Virus record (IMG/VR): IMGVR_UViG_3300043410_001471 | Span: 124,001 to 188,000 of that record | Length of the DNA: 64,000 nt | Direction: 5' to 3' (one strand) | In this document: positions 1 through 9,103 of the stretch, piece by piece | Position numbering within the stretch: the first letter of the stretch is position 1 | Layout: each line of letters starts with the position of its first letter | Position numbers and translations under genes: made by a program | Notes under the pieces: model-generated | Seen by the model: only the letters and a program-made list of their open reading frames with translations | Databases searched by the model: none | Told to the model about the DNA's origin: nothing

Positions 1-498
1 ATATTTGAAGTAGTAACAACCGAAGAACAATACGAACCAACTGATATCGTAAATTCTCGTTTTACTATTGCAGAAAGTATTATAAATTCTTCTATTCAAA
101 ATAAAGAAGCAAAAGTTAAAGATGCAGTTTTAGAAGAATATAGAAAACAAGATGAAGATTTAAGAGCTATTTCTTACAAAATATTAGTAGAGAATTTTAA
201 TTCAAAATATAAAAATTTATCTAAAGAACAAAAGGGATTATTGAAAGAATATATCAATAATATCAATAATACAGGTAAATTAAATGAATATGTTTCAAAC
301 GAAGTAACTGATTTAGTAAATTCTTTAAAAGAAATCGGTTCTAAAATTTCAGATAAAGTTACTAAGATTAAATTGGCTGAAACTATATCTAACATACGAA
401 AAATAAAATCAGTTAAGAAAGTTAGAGAGCAACACTTATCAGCGATGATGATGAGTTATGAATTATTAAAGGAATTAAAAGATAGTTTAAATAAATAA
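1..498 (+). CDS. Hypothetical phage protein, 5'-partial (head module)
   Basis: Frame 1 is open from base 1 (IFEVVTTEEQYEP...) to TAA at 496-498; the track ORF 241..498 is only its C-terminal part. Confidence 0.75.
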   Translation: MFEVVTTEEQYEPTDIVNSRFTIAESIINSSIQNKEAKVKDAVLEEYRKQDEDLRAISYKILVENFNSKYKNLSKEQKGLLKEYINNINNTGKLNEYVSNEVTDLVNSLKEIGSKISDKVTKIKLAETISNIRKIKSVKKVREQHLSAMMMSYELLKELKDSLNK

Positions 499-501
499 AA
501 A

Positions 502-747
502 ATGGTAAATTATAGAGCATTTAATGCAAAATTGGTAACATCTGGTTCTACCGCATTAGTAGATAGAGCATGGGGTGTATTGCCTGTAAGTGGGGTAACT
601 GGTACAATTACATTGGAAGGGTTTGGAACAGGTAGTACTGTTCATCCAACTATTGCATTGGAACATTTAGTAGCAGGACAACCATTTCCTTGTCACCTTA
701 GAAATATATCAGTAACCAATGGTGGTTCTGTTTATGTATTAGCTTAA
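502..747 (+). CDS. Small hypothetical protein (81 aa)
   Basis: ATG 3 nt after the upstream stop, A-rich start context, tight packing. Confidence 0.7.
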   Translation: MVNYRAFNAKLVTSGSTALVDRAWGVLPVSGVTGTITLEGFGTGSTVHPTIALEHLVAGQPFPCHLRNISVTNGGSVYVLA

Positions 748-759
748 ATCATATAACAA

Positions 760-1302
760 ATGCCAGCAGTATCAAAAGCACAACAACGATTTATGGGCAT
801 GGTTCATGCAGCTGATAAAGGAGAAACTCCTGCATCACCTGAAGTAGCAAAAGTAGCAGCTTCTATGGATGATAAAGATGCTAAAGATTTTGCATCAACA
901 TCTCATAAAGGATTGCCTGATAAAATCAAAGAATTTATAGTAAGAGAAGCTAGAGGTGTTAAATCAATCCAAAATGATTATATGAAAACAGTTAATGCTA
1001 TTGCACAAACTTTGGAATCATATAAGCAGGCTAAAGGAACTTCAAATGAAAAGAAATTTGTTGAAAGATTGAAACAACTACAAACTTTAAAAAAGAAATT
1101 TGCTAAAGAATTGGATGATAAGGTTAGTGGATTGTATAAAGATGTTGAGTTAAAAGCCGATGTGGATGAAATGAACACAAGTGGTGCAGCTGGAGAATAC
1201 AATACTCCATTTGCATTTGGTAAAAAAGAAGATGAGAAATCCAAAGGTAAAAGACAAGCAGATTTGACTGGATATTCGGTAGTTAAGGAAATTAAAAAAT
1301 AA
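760..1302 (+). CDS. Hypothetical head-module protein with DUF3008-like N-terminus
   Basis: N-terminal MPAVSKAQQRFMGMVHA...KDAKDFASTSHKGLP resembles DUF3008; contains (I/L/V)xE putative maturation sites. Confidence 0.6.
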   Translation: MPAVSKAQQRFMGMVHAADKGETPASPEVAKVAASMDDKDAKDFASTSHKGLPDKIKEFIVREARGVKSIQNDYMKTVNAIAQTLESYKQAKGTSNEKKFVERLKQLQTLKKKFAKELDDKVSGLYKDVELKADVDEMNTSGAAGEYNTPFAFGKKEDEKSKGKRQADLTGYSVVKEIKK

Positions 1303-1305
1303 TCA

Positions 1306-1313
1306 TATTTATA
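1306..1313 (+). promoter_or_regulatory. Putative late promoter TATTTATA
   Basis: Intergenic, 20 nt before the ATG at 1334; one of 14 similarly placed perfect copies. Confidence 0.65.
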
Positions 1314-1333
1314 CAATATAAAGTATATTATAA

Positions 1334-1648
1334 ATGAAATTACATCAATTAAGAGAATTTGTTAAGCAAGTTGTAAAAGAAGAGCAAGATTATCAGCAAT
1401 TATTCAAACATATGTTGGATAAGACTGGTAAAGATATCAACTCTATGAGTGATGAAGATAAAAAGAAATTCTTCAGTGCCGTAGATACTGCTTACAAAGC
1501 AAAATCGGAGGGTAGATTAAGAGGGTATAACGAAGCTGAATTAACTGCTGGACAAAAGAAAATTGATGTGGATAATGATGGTGAGATTGAAGGTTCGGAT
1601 TTAGCAGCATTGAGAGCCAAAAATGAAGGGGCTCAAAAAAAAAAGTAA
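1334..1648 (+). CDS. Hypothetical head/internal protein; possible N-terminal half of a -1 frameshift fusion
   Basis: Preceded by TATTTATA; ends in GCT CAA AAA AAA AAG TAA; EF-hand-like DVDNDGEIEGSD segment. Confidence 0.7.
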   Translation: MKLHQLREFVKQVVKEEQDYQQLFKHMLDKTGKDINSMSDEDKKKFFSAVDTAYKAKSEGRLRGYNEAELTAGQKKIDVDNDGEIEGSDLAALRAKNEGAQKKK

Positions 1649-1692
1649 ATGAAAATTTAGCAATTGATATAGTAGCTACATTAGGTACTATT

Positions 1693-2061
1693 ATGGTTGC
1701 TAAAATTATATTTTATTATTTAGTGGATTTGGCAATTAAAGGAATGAAATATTTCCAAGGAAAGTCGGAACACAAAAAAGAAGTTAAAAAGATTTTAGAT
1801 TATATATCGGATGATACAAAAGTAATATCAGATATAGCTAAAATGGTAGACCCGAAAAAAGGAATTGATAACACAACGGCTGATAAAATTGTAAATTTAC
1901 CAAGAGTAAAAACTCAAATAATAAAAGTGAGTGATTCTACAAATGGTGAATTGAGTGAAACCGAATTAGAAAATGAATTAAAGACAATTATAATTAAGTC
2001 TTGGAACGATTCATCGATAATTGATAACGCAGTTGAAAAGGTAAAAAAAGATATAAAATAA
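1693..2061 (+). CDS. Hypothetical protein with hydrophobic N-terminal segment; frame is open upstream to 1627
   Basis: Frame 1 reads KKKVNENLAIDIVATLGTIMVAKIIFYYL..., so it is probably reached by frameshift from 1334..1648. Confidence 0.65.
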   Translation: MVAKIIFYYLVDLAIKGMKYFQGKSEHKKEVKKILDYISDDTKVISDIAKMVDPKKGIDNTTADKIVNLPRVKTQIIKVSDSTNGELSETELENELKTIIIKSWNDSSIIDNAVEKVKKDIK

Positions 2062-2062
2062 G

Positions 2063-2653
2063 ATGAGTAAAGGATTATTGATAGAAACCCATTTATTTGA
2101 AGCCAAACTTGTAGAACAAGATAATGGTACTTATTTAGTTAAGGGTATCCTACAAAGAGCAGGAGCTGCAAACCAAAATGGTAGAAGATATCCAAAAGAA
2201 ATCTTAATGAGAGAGTGTGAGAAATACCAACAACTTATTAAAGAAAGAAGAGCATTGGGTGAATTAGACCATCCGGATTCTCCAGTTATCAACTTAAAAA
2301 ATGTATCTCATAATATCAGAGAAATTTATTGGGAAGGTGATGATGTTTGTGGTGTAGTAGAAATTCTTTCAACTCCATCTGGTAATATCCTTAGAGAATT
2401 ATTAAAGAACAATATTCGTTTAGGTATCTCTTCAAGAGGTTTAGGTTCAGTAAAAGAATTGAGAGATGGAACTGTAATGGTTCAGGAAGATTTTGAATTG
2501 GTAGGTTGGGATTTTGTATCAAACCCATCAACGCATGGAGCATTTATGGCACCAATGAACGAATCTAAACAATGGGCAAAAATAGCAGAAGAATGTGGAA
2601 AGTTCTGCAAAGCACAAGATTTAATGAGAGAAATTATAATTGAATTAAACTAA
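2063..2653 (+). CDS. Prohead core protein protease (T4 gp21-like)
   Basis: Motifs NQNGRRYP, ALGELDHP, GISSRGLGS and DFVSNPS are characteristic of gp21-type prohead proteases. Confidence 0.92.
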   Translation: MSKGLLIETHLFEAKLVEQDNGTYLVKGILQRAGAANQNGRRYPKEILMRECEKYQQLIKERRALGELDHPDSPVINLKNVSHNIREIYWEGDDVCGVVEILSTPSGNILRELLKNNIRLGISSRGLGSVKELRDGTVMVQEDFELVGWDFVSNPSTHGAFMAPMNESKQWAKIAEECGKFCKAQDLMREIIIELN

Positions 2654-2658
2654 AACAT

Positions 2659-2913
2659 ATGGCAAAGTTAGTAAATCTAATACCAAAAAATAACATTGTA
2701 GTTAAAGAATCTTTAGATGATATGGATACAACATTACCATCTCAAGTAGAAAGATTTTTAGACAAAGCAGTAAATGCAATAAAAGGATATAATTTAACAA
2801 AGAAAAAAGAACAATTAGTAATTGCTAAGATTATAGATGCATTGAATTTAGATAAACAACAACTAATGACTGCTATTCAAAAAATTAAGAAAAACGATAT
2901 TTTAAAAAAATAA
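2659..2913 (+). CDS. Hypothetical head-module protein
   Basis: Tightly packed ORF; N-terminal leader ending VVKE. Confidence 0.65.
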   Translation: MAKLVNLIPKNNIVVKESLDDMDTTLPSQVERFLDKAVNAIKGYNLTKKKEQLVIAKIIDALNLDKQQLMTAIQKIKKNDILKK

Positions 2914-2914
2914 T

Positions 2915-3352
2915 ATGATACGTCTAAAAGATTTATTAAGTGAAGCTGAAGAACTTCAACAACTTCCAACGGAATTAAAAAGACATTTCTTAGAAATCAT
3001 TTCTACATATGGACAACATAGAGAGGGAATGGCTAGAAAATCGGATATCAGACAGGTTGCGGAAACTTTGGGTGGAATCGCAGATGCAGCGCAAGAATAT
3101 ACTTTAAGAGAAGGTGGTGATTGGTTTGACAGAGTTACGATTAAGCGTAATATGGGTGAACTTAAAAAATTACAAGCTGCATTTGAAAAAGAAGCAGTTG
3201 AAGCAAAAGCACAAGAACAAAGATTAGAATCATTATATGAAGATATGGGGCATGTGTTAGGAAGATATTTTGAAATAGCAGATGTATCTGAAGATGTAAT
3301 GAAGCAAAGATTAGGATTACAAGAATGTAAAACTTGCAAAAAATTAAAATAA
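2915..3352 (+). CDS. Hypothetical head-module protein (helical)
   Basis: Leader MIRLKDLLSE; coiled-coil-like; abuts both neighbours. Confidence 0.7.
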   Translation: MIRLKDLLSEAEELQQLPTELKRHFLEIISTYGQHREGMARKSDIRQVAETLGGIADAAQEYTLREGGDWFDRVTIKRNMGELKKLQAAFEKEAVEAKAQEQRLESLYEDMGHVLGRYFEIADVSEDVMKQRLGLQECKTCKKLK

Positions 3353-3724
3353 ATGGAAGAATTAGCATCGTTATTATTACAAAGTAGAACTCAATCACAT
3401 TCATTTCATTTAGGAGTTAGGGGAGTTGGAGCACACTCTGCTCATTTGGCATTAGGTGATTACTATAATTCCATTGGTGATTTAATTGATGGATTGGTTG
3501 AAACATATCAAGGTAAAGAAGGATTGATTCAAATTTCAGGTATTGGAACATTGGATAAAAATAATGATATTAAAAACATTATTAAATATTTCGAAACACT
3601 TTGTGGTATGGTAGCTAGACTAAGACAGAATCCAAAATTACAAGATAGTTGGATTCAAAATGATATCGATACAGTTGTATCTTTATTATATAGAACAAAA
3701 TATAAGTTGGTAAATCACCAATAA
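3353..3724 (+). CDS. Ferritin/Dps-like four-helix protein (DUF5856-like)
   Basis: H19-x11-H31-x14-D46-x3-E50 matches Dps ferroxidase-site spacing. Confidence 0.65.
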   Translation: MEELASLLLQSRTQSHSFHLGVRGVGAHSAHLALGDYYNSIGDLIDGLVETYQGKEGLIQISGIGTLDKNNDIKNIIKYFETLCGMVARLRQNPKLQDSWIQNDIDTVVSLLYRTKYKLVNHQ

Positions 3725-3739
3725 AATAAAAAAAAATTA

Positions 3740-3770
3740 AAAACCTCAAAGAAATTTGGGGTTTTTCTTT
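3740..3770 (+). terminator. Intrinsic terminator, GAAA tetraloop
   Basis: aaaacctcaaa-GAAA-tttggggtttt followed by T-rich tail. Confidence 0.75.
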
Positions 3771-3942
3771 AGTTTTCTAAAAAACTATATATTTATTCTC
3801 AAATATCCTTTCTCATAAAGGATTTAAAAACTAATAGTTGATTAATGAATACCCTTCTCTATAAGGTGTGACCGAACAATCAACATAATTCTATTGGAGT
3901 TTCCTACAAATAACTTCACAATCAAAACAAGGAGAAAACAAG

Positions 3943-5166
3943 ATGGCAAATTCAAAATTATTGAAAGAAGCAATCGCTGATGCCAAAGCCGTTAAAGAAA
4001 CTGCTTTAGCAAACGCAAAGTTAGCTCTTGAAGAAGCATTTACACCAAGACTTCAATCTATCTTATCTCAAAAGATGAGAGCAGAAGCTGAAGAGCAGGA
4101 AGATGATGTTGAACAAGTAGCTGAAGAGTTAGATTCAGATGGTATCGGTTCTAAAGTAGAAGCTGGATACGCTGAAACTCCTGGTGCAACTCCAACTTTA
4201 GATGCAGACACTGATTTATCAGTAGGTGTAGCTAAGGATGCAGGAAAGCCAGAACAAGCTGGTACTGACTACACTAAAGTAGCAGATATCAACGAAGAAG
4301 AAGAAAATCCTTTCGCTGACCAAGAAGGTGACAAAGATGCAGAAATTGCAGAATTGAAAGCTAGATTAGCAGAATTAGAAGGAGAAGATTCTGAAGAAAA
4401 CCCAATGGCTGGTATGGATATGGGAACTGAAGAAGAAGACCCATTTGCAGCAGCTGGTGATGATATGGGTTCTATGGACATGGGTTCTGATGAAGAATCA
4501 GAAGATGATATGGACTTAGAAGCAATCATCAGAGAATTAGAAGCATCAATCAATGGTGATGAAGAAGGCGCTGAAGAAGCTCCAGAAGAAGAAAATCCAT
4601 TCGCAGCTAACGAAAATTTAGCAGATGGTTCTGAAGCTGGTACTGATAAAGGCGAAGACCCTAAGGTTGTTGTAACTAACGAAGAAGAAGAAAAAGAAGA
4701 TGACAAAGTTATCGACTTAGAAGAAATTCTTCGTGAAATGCAAGATGATATGGGTGGTGAAGAAGCAGAAGATGATTCAGCTACAAAAGCAGAATTAAAT
4801 GAAGCTTACAAAACTATCAAATCATTACAAAAAACTATTAACGAAGTAAACTTATTAAACGCTAAGTTATTATTCGCTAATAAATTATTCAGAGCACACA
4901 ACATGACTAACGAACAAAAAGTGAAAGTGATTGAAACTTTGGATAGAACAAAATCAGTTAGAGAAGTTAAATTGGTTTACTCTACATTAGCAGAGAATTT
5001 CAAATATACGACATCTTCTAACAAAACAGCTAAGAAATCAATTTCTGAAGGTATTGCTTCTAAAGCAGTTAAATCAACTGCACCAAAAGCAGCAGCTAAG
5101 CAAGTAATTGCAGAATCTGCACAAATTTCTGACAGATTTAAGAAATTAGCAGGTATTATTAAATAA
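3943..5166 (+). CDS. Prohead scaffolding/core protein (gp22-like)
   Basis: Very acidic, coiled-coil C-terminus (LNEVNLLNAKLLF), located between the protease and the major capsid gene. Confidence 0.85.
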   Translation: MANSKLLKEAIADAKAVKETALANAKLALEEAFTPRLQSILSQKMRAEAEEQEDDVEQVAEELDSDGIGSKVEAGYAETPGATPTLDADTDLSVGVAKDAGKPEQAGTDYTKVADINEEEENPFADQEGDKDAEIAELKARLAELEGEDSEENPMAGMDMGTEEEDPFAAAGDDMGSMDMGSDEESEDDMDLEAIIRELEASINGDEEGAEEAPEEENPFAANENLADGSEAGTDKGEDPKVVVTNEEEEKEDDKVIDLEEILREMQDDMGGEEAEDDSATKAELNEAYKTIKSLQKTINEVNLLNAKLLFANKLFRAHNMTNEQKVKVIETLDRTKSVREVKLVYSTLAENFKYTTSSNKTAKKSISEGIASKAVKSTAPKAAAKQVIAESAQISDRFKKLAGIIK

Positions 5167-5197
5167 TTAACAAACAAAAAAAATAAATTCATTTAAA

Positions 5198-6808
5198 ATG
5201 GACTTAAAAAAATTAATGAACGGCGCTAACCCACAAAGCATTATGCTTGAGCAAACTAGAGGTTTGAAAGCAAAGTGGGAAAAAACTGGATTGTTAGAGA
5301 ACGCAGGTTCTGAAACATCTAAGCATGGTATGGCAGTAATGTTAGAAAACCAAGCTAAACAATTATTGGATGAGGCTACAAGAACAGGTACTTCTTCAGG
5401 TTCTGAAGAGTGGGCTGGTGTTGCGTTACCTTTAGTAAGAAGAATCTTCGGTTCTATCGCTTCTAAAGAGTTCGTTTCAGTACAACCTATGAACTTACCT
5501 TCAGGTCTTATTTTCTACATGGACTTCAAATATGGTTCAAACCCAGCTGGTAATCCAAACTTCACAGGTTCATCTTTATTTGGTGATGGTGGAACTTTTG
5601 GTAAAGATTCTCAATCTCCAGCAGGAAACAAATTAGGTTCTACTCAAGCTACAACAGGTGGTTTGTATGGAGCTGGTAGATTCGGATATACAATCAATAA
5701 CGCTACTGCTGCACAAGCTGCAACTGTTGCTTCAGCATCTTTAGCAGATATCGATTGGGATTTATCTGACGCTACTGTTTCTGCATCTTATGCAGCTAAC
5801 ACATTGAAGAAAGTAACTGTGGCTTTACCATCAGATGCTGACTTCCAAGGTGTAAGAGCATTCGAATTAACTTTATTATCAGGTTCTTCAACTTTCTTCC
5901 CTCAATACACTACTAAGAATGGTTCTAACGTGGAATTCGTTGCAACTGTGACTGGTACAGGTTCAGCAGGTGCAAATGGTTCATCTTTAGCATACCATGT
6001 ACAACCTACTGATATCTCTCGTGGAGATTTCGAAGATAGAGGAGCTGATTTAGCGATTCCTGAAATCGAATTAGAATTGAAATCTGAGCCTATCGTGGCT
6101 AAGACTCGTAAGTTGAAAGCAATCTGGACTCCAGAATTAGCGCAAGACTTAAATGCATACCACTCTGTTGATGCAGAAGCGGAATTAACACAAATGTTAA
6201 GTGAGTACATCTCTTTAGAAATCGACTTAGAAATCTTAGAAATGTTACAACAAAACGCTTTCACAACTGATTACTGGTCTGCAAAAGTTGGATACGATTG
6301 GAATGGTGCAGGTTTCTCTATTGATTCAGACGCTGCAGCAGCATCTGCTTACACTAAGAGCACTTGGTATCAAACTTTAGGTATCAAATTACAAAAGGTA
6401 TCTAACAAGATTCACCAATTAACAATGAGAGGTGGAGCTAACTTCTTAGTAGTTTCTCCAAATGTAGCAACTATCTTAGAATCTATGAATGGTTTCTCTG
6501 CAAATCCTGGTAAAGATGCTTTACAATTTGCTGCAGGTGTAACTAACATTGGTTCTATCTCAAATAGATACGATGTTTACAAAAACCCTTACATGACTGA
6601 GAATGTAATCTTATTAGGTTTCAAAGGTTCTAACTTCTTCGAAACAGGAGCAGTTTACGCACCATATGTACCATTGATTATGACTCCATTAGTTTATGAC
6701 CCAACTAACTTCACTCCAAGAAGAGGTGTTATGACTAGATACGCTAAGAAAATCGTAAGACCAGAATTTTACGGTAAGATTATCGTTGATGGTTTAAACA
6801 CTCTTTAA
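5198..6808 (+). CDS. Major capsid protein (T4 gp23-like)
   Basis: Motifs VSVQPMNLPSGLIFY, AKTRKLKAIWTPELAQDLNAYH, EIDLEIL, YAPYVPL and RRGVMTRYA. Confidence 0.96.
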   Translation: MDLKKLMNGANPQSIMLEQTRGLKAKWEKTGLLENAGSETSKHGMAVMLENQAKQLLDEATRTGTSSGSEEWAGVALPLVRRIFGSIASKEFVSVQPMNLPSGLIFYMDFKYGSNPAGNPNFTGSSLFGDGGTFGKDSQSPAGNKLGSTQATTGGLYGAGRFGYTINNATAAQAATVASASLADIDWDLSDATVSASYAANTLKKVTVALPSDADFQGVRAFELTLLSGSSTFFPQYTTKNGSNVEFVATVTGTGSAGANGSSLAYHVQPTDISRGDFEDRGADLAIPEIELELKSEPIVAKTRKLKAIWTPELAQDLNAYHSVDAEAELTQMLSEYISLEIDLEILEMLQQNAFTTDYWSAKVGYDWNGAGFSIDSDAAAASAYTKSTWYQTLGIKLQKVSNKIHQLTMRGGANFLVVSPNVATILESMNGFSANPGKDALQFAAGVTNIGSISNRYDVYKNPYMTENVILLGFKGSNFFETGAVYAPYVPLIMTPLVYDPTNFTPRRGVMTRYAKKIVRPEFYGKIIVDGLNTL

Positions 6809-6850
6809 TCTTTGAGTAGATTTTAGAATCTTAAACTAAAAAATAAAAAA

Positions 6851-6879
6851 AGGGGAAGTAGAAATACTTTCCCTTTTTT
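6851..6879 (+). terminator. Intrinsic terminator after the capsid gene
   Basis: ggggaagta-GAAA-tactttccc followed by T6. Confidence 0.88.
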
Positions 6880-6892
6880 ATTTATATTTATA
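6879..6892 (+). promoter_or_regulatory. Putative late promoter TATTTATA (two overlapping copies)
   Basis: Directly after the capsid terminator. Confidence 0.65.
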
Positions 6893-6922
6893 TGTAATTA
6901 ATCATCTAAAATTAAAAAATAA

Positions 6923-7159
6923 ATGGCATATCCAGAATCACAATATACAGTAAGTGGAACAGGTCCTACATTTTTGGCAACGGATAGTGAAGTATCTTCA
7001 TTAAGTGGAAGTATTGCAACTAAAATGGCAAATACATCATTCACATATATCACAGGTTCAGCATCAGCAGCTTGGAACGATGCATCTGCATCTGCAGCAG
7101 GAGTAGCAGTTGGTGGAATGTATCACTCACAAGGAATAGTTAAAGTTAGATTAGTATAA
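6923..7159 (+). CDS. Small virion-associated protein (possible head decoration)
   Basis: Follows TATTTATA; N-terminus MAYPESQY is paralogous to the next gene's MSYPQSQY. Confidence 0.6.
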   Translation: MAYPESQYTVSGTGPTFLATDSEVSSLSGSIATKMANTSFTYITGSASAAWNDASASAAGVAVGGMYHSQGIVKVRLV

Positions 7160-7800
7160 TGTCTTATCCACAATCTCAATACGATAATTATCAAAAAGCA
7201 AAAACATTATCTATATACACATTAGATAATGCAGACCATATTCTTACAAAACAAGAAGATGGTATGATGGGATATATTGCCGTATCTGATATAACATCTT
7301 ATATCAATTTAAGAACTGCACAAAAATTAGGTTGGGCACGATATGATGATACATTATACACAACATCATCGGCATTCACCGCAAGTTATACTAATGGTGA
7401 ATATACTTTACCAAACAATGCAGGAAATACAATAGAAACACACTTACATTCTACTATTTCATTTTACAATAGTGGTTCTCAAAAAATCCAAGTTGAAAAT
7501 GAAGGTGATGTTTATATGTGCACTGTCGTATTCAAAGCAAAAACTCCAAATGCAAATTCTTGCGTTTTAAGGTTACAAATGGATAGTACGGGTGACACTC
7601 CATATCAAAGAGTTGGTAAAGATTTATTTTTTGGAAAAGGAAATGATGAGTGGCATGATTTTCACGAAGTTTTTCAATGGTATGCCGATGCAGATTTTGT
7701 AACAAACGGAAATAGATGGAAAATCGAAGCAGTTGGTGCAAACGCATACATATCCAATGTAATATTCTTCATACAACGAACTCAAAACCATTCGGTATAA
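7159..7800 (+). CDS. Hypothetical virion protein (beta-rich C-terminal domain)
   Basis: TAATG-coupled to the previous ORF; followed by a terminator. Confidence 0.7.
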   Translation: MSYPQSQYDNYQKAKTLSIYTLDNADHILTKQEDGMMGYIAVSDITSYINLRTAQKLGWARYDDTLYTTSSAFTASYTNGEYTLPNNAGNTIETHLHSTISFYNSGSQKIQVENEGDVYMCTVVFKAKTPNANSCVLRLQMDSTGDTPYQRVGKDLFFGKGNDEWHDFHEVFQWYADADFVTNGNRWKIEAVGANAYISNVIFFIQRTQNHSV

Positions 7801-7803
7801 ATT

Positions 7804-7833
7804 AAAAAGAGTAGTTTTATCTACTCTTTTTTT
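7804..7833 (+). terminator. Intrinsic terminator
   Basis: aaaaagagtag-ttttat-ctactc followed by T7. Confidence 0.8.
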
Positions 7834-7840
7834 ATTTCTA

Positions 7841-7848
7841 TATTTATA
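7841..7848 (+). promoter_or_regulatory. Putative late promoter TATTTATA
   Basis: After the terminator, before the neck gene. Confidence 0.7.
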
Positions 7849-7872
7849 GTAGTAAAACTATAAATTTTAGAT

Positions 7873-9102
7873 ATGTCTGTAAACACATACTGGTCAGGTT
7901 CAACCGCAGCAGCATTTTCATCATCGGTAGCACTATCTGAAGCAACTCCATTTGGGTTGTATGATAGTGATTCTGATTTTAGAAATGATGCACCTAAAAC
8001 TGCAACTTGGGTTGCAAAAAGATTGGGATATCCTATTGTAAATATAGAATTGGATAATCAGCAAATTTGGGCTTGTTTCGAGGAAGCTACTTCGGAATAT
8101 TCAGCTCAAGTAAATCAATTCAATCTTCGTAATAACTTAGATATTTTAAGAGGACAACCTAAAGGTAAAGTTGCAAACTATTCTCAAACACTTGTGGATG
8201 GTTCATTCTTACCAACGGCAATTCGTATGGCACAGCAATATGGAACTCAAGCCGGAGTAGGGGGTTCTACATCAATTAAAAAGGCATATATTGATTTAAC
8301 ACCGGGTCAGCAGAAATATGATATAATGAAATCTGCAATAGATGTTGAAATGTATGAAGCTAGTGGAAGCGCTTCGGCATCATTTGCTACATTATTTACA
8401 GGAAGTTCTACAATAGATGTAACCAGAGTATTTCACGAAGCAACTCCTGCAATTGCAAGATTCTTTGACCCATATTCGGTTGGTGCACAAGGAACTCTAA
8501 ATTTAATGAGTGAGTTAGGATTTGGAAACTTTTCACCTGCTGCACAATTCTTAATGATGCCTTTATATGAAGATGTATTGAGAATGCAACAAATTGAATT
8601 CAATGACCACATTCGTAAATCAGCGCATACATTTAATATTGTAGATAATAAATTAGAAATATTCCCAATACCAACTACTGGAACTGTTAGTAGAGTTTAT
8701 TTTGAATATATGAGTAGAGATGAATTTGAACATGATTCTCAAACTATTCAATCTGATTCACTTTCGGATTATTCTGATATTCCATACGATTTTATTCAGT
8801 ATTCCGATATTAACGATGTTGGTAAACAATGGATTAGAAAATATACATTAGCTCTTTCAAAAGAACTATTAGGTGCGATTAGAGAAAAATATAGTTCAGT
8901 ACCTATTCCAGATGGGGAAGTATCTTTGGATGGTGCGGCATTAAGAGCAGAAGCTCAAGTCGAAAAAGATATGTTGATGACTCAGTTGAGAGAAAATTTG
9001 GAAGAAATGAGTAGAAAAAATGTATTTGAAAAGCAAGCACACGAATCGACTCATCACCAAGAAATGTTGAGAAAAGTTCCTTTAAAAATATATGTAGGAT
9101 AA
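7873..9102 (+). CDS. Neck/head-completion protein (gp13-like)
   Basis: KRLGYPIVNIELDNQQIWACFEEA and WIRKYTLALSKELLG...VSLDG motifs; located after the capsid gene. Confidence 0.8.
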   Translation: MSVNTYWSGSTAAAFSSSVALSEATPFGLYDSDSDFRNDAPKTATWVAKRLGYPIVNIELDNQQIWACFEEATSEYSAQVNQFNLRNNLDILRGQPKGKVANYSQTLVDGSFLPTAIRMAQQYGTQAGVGGSTSIKKAYIDLTPGQQKYDIMKSAIDVEMYEASGSASASFATLFTGSSTIDVTRVFHEATPAIARFFDPYSVGAQGTLNLMSELGFGNFSPAAQFLMMPLYEDVLRMQQIEFNDHIRKSAHTFNIVDNKLEIFPIPTTGTVSRVYFEYMSRDEFEHDSQTIQSDSLSDYSDIPYDFIQYSDINDVGKQWIRKYTLALSKELLGAIREKYSSVPIPDGEVSLDGAALRAEAQVEKDMLMTQLRENLEEMSRKNVFEKQAHESTHHQEMLRKVPLKIYVG

Positions 9103-9103
9103 T

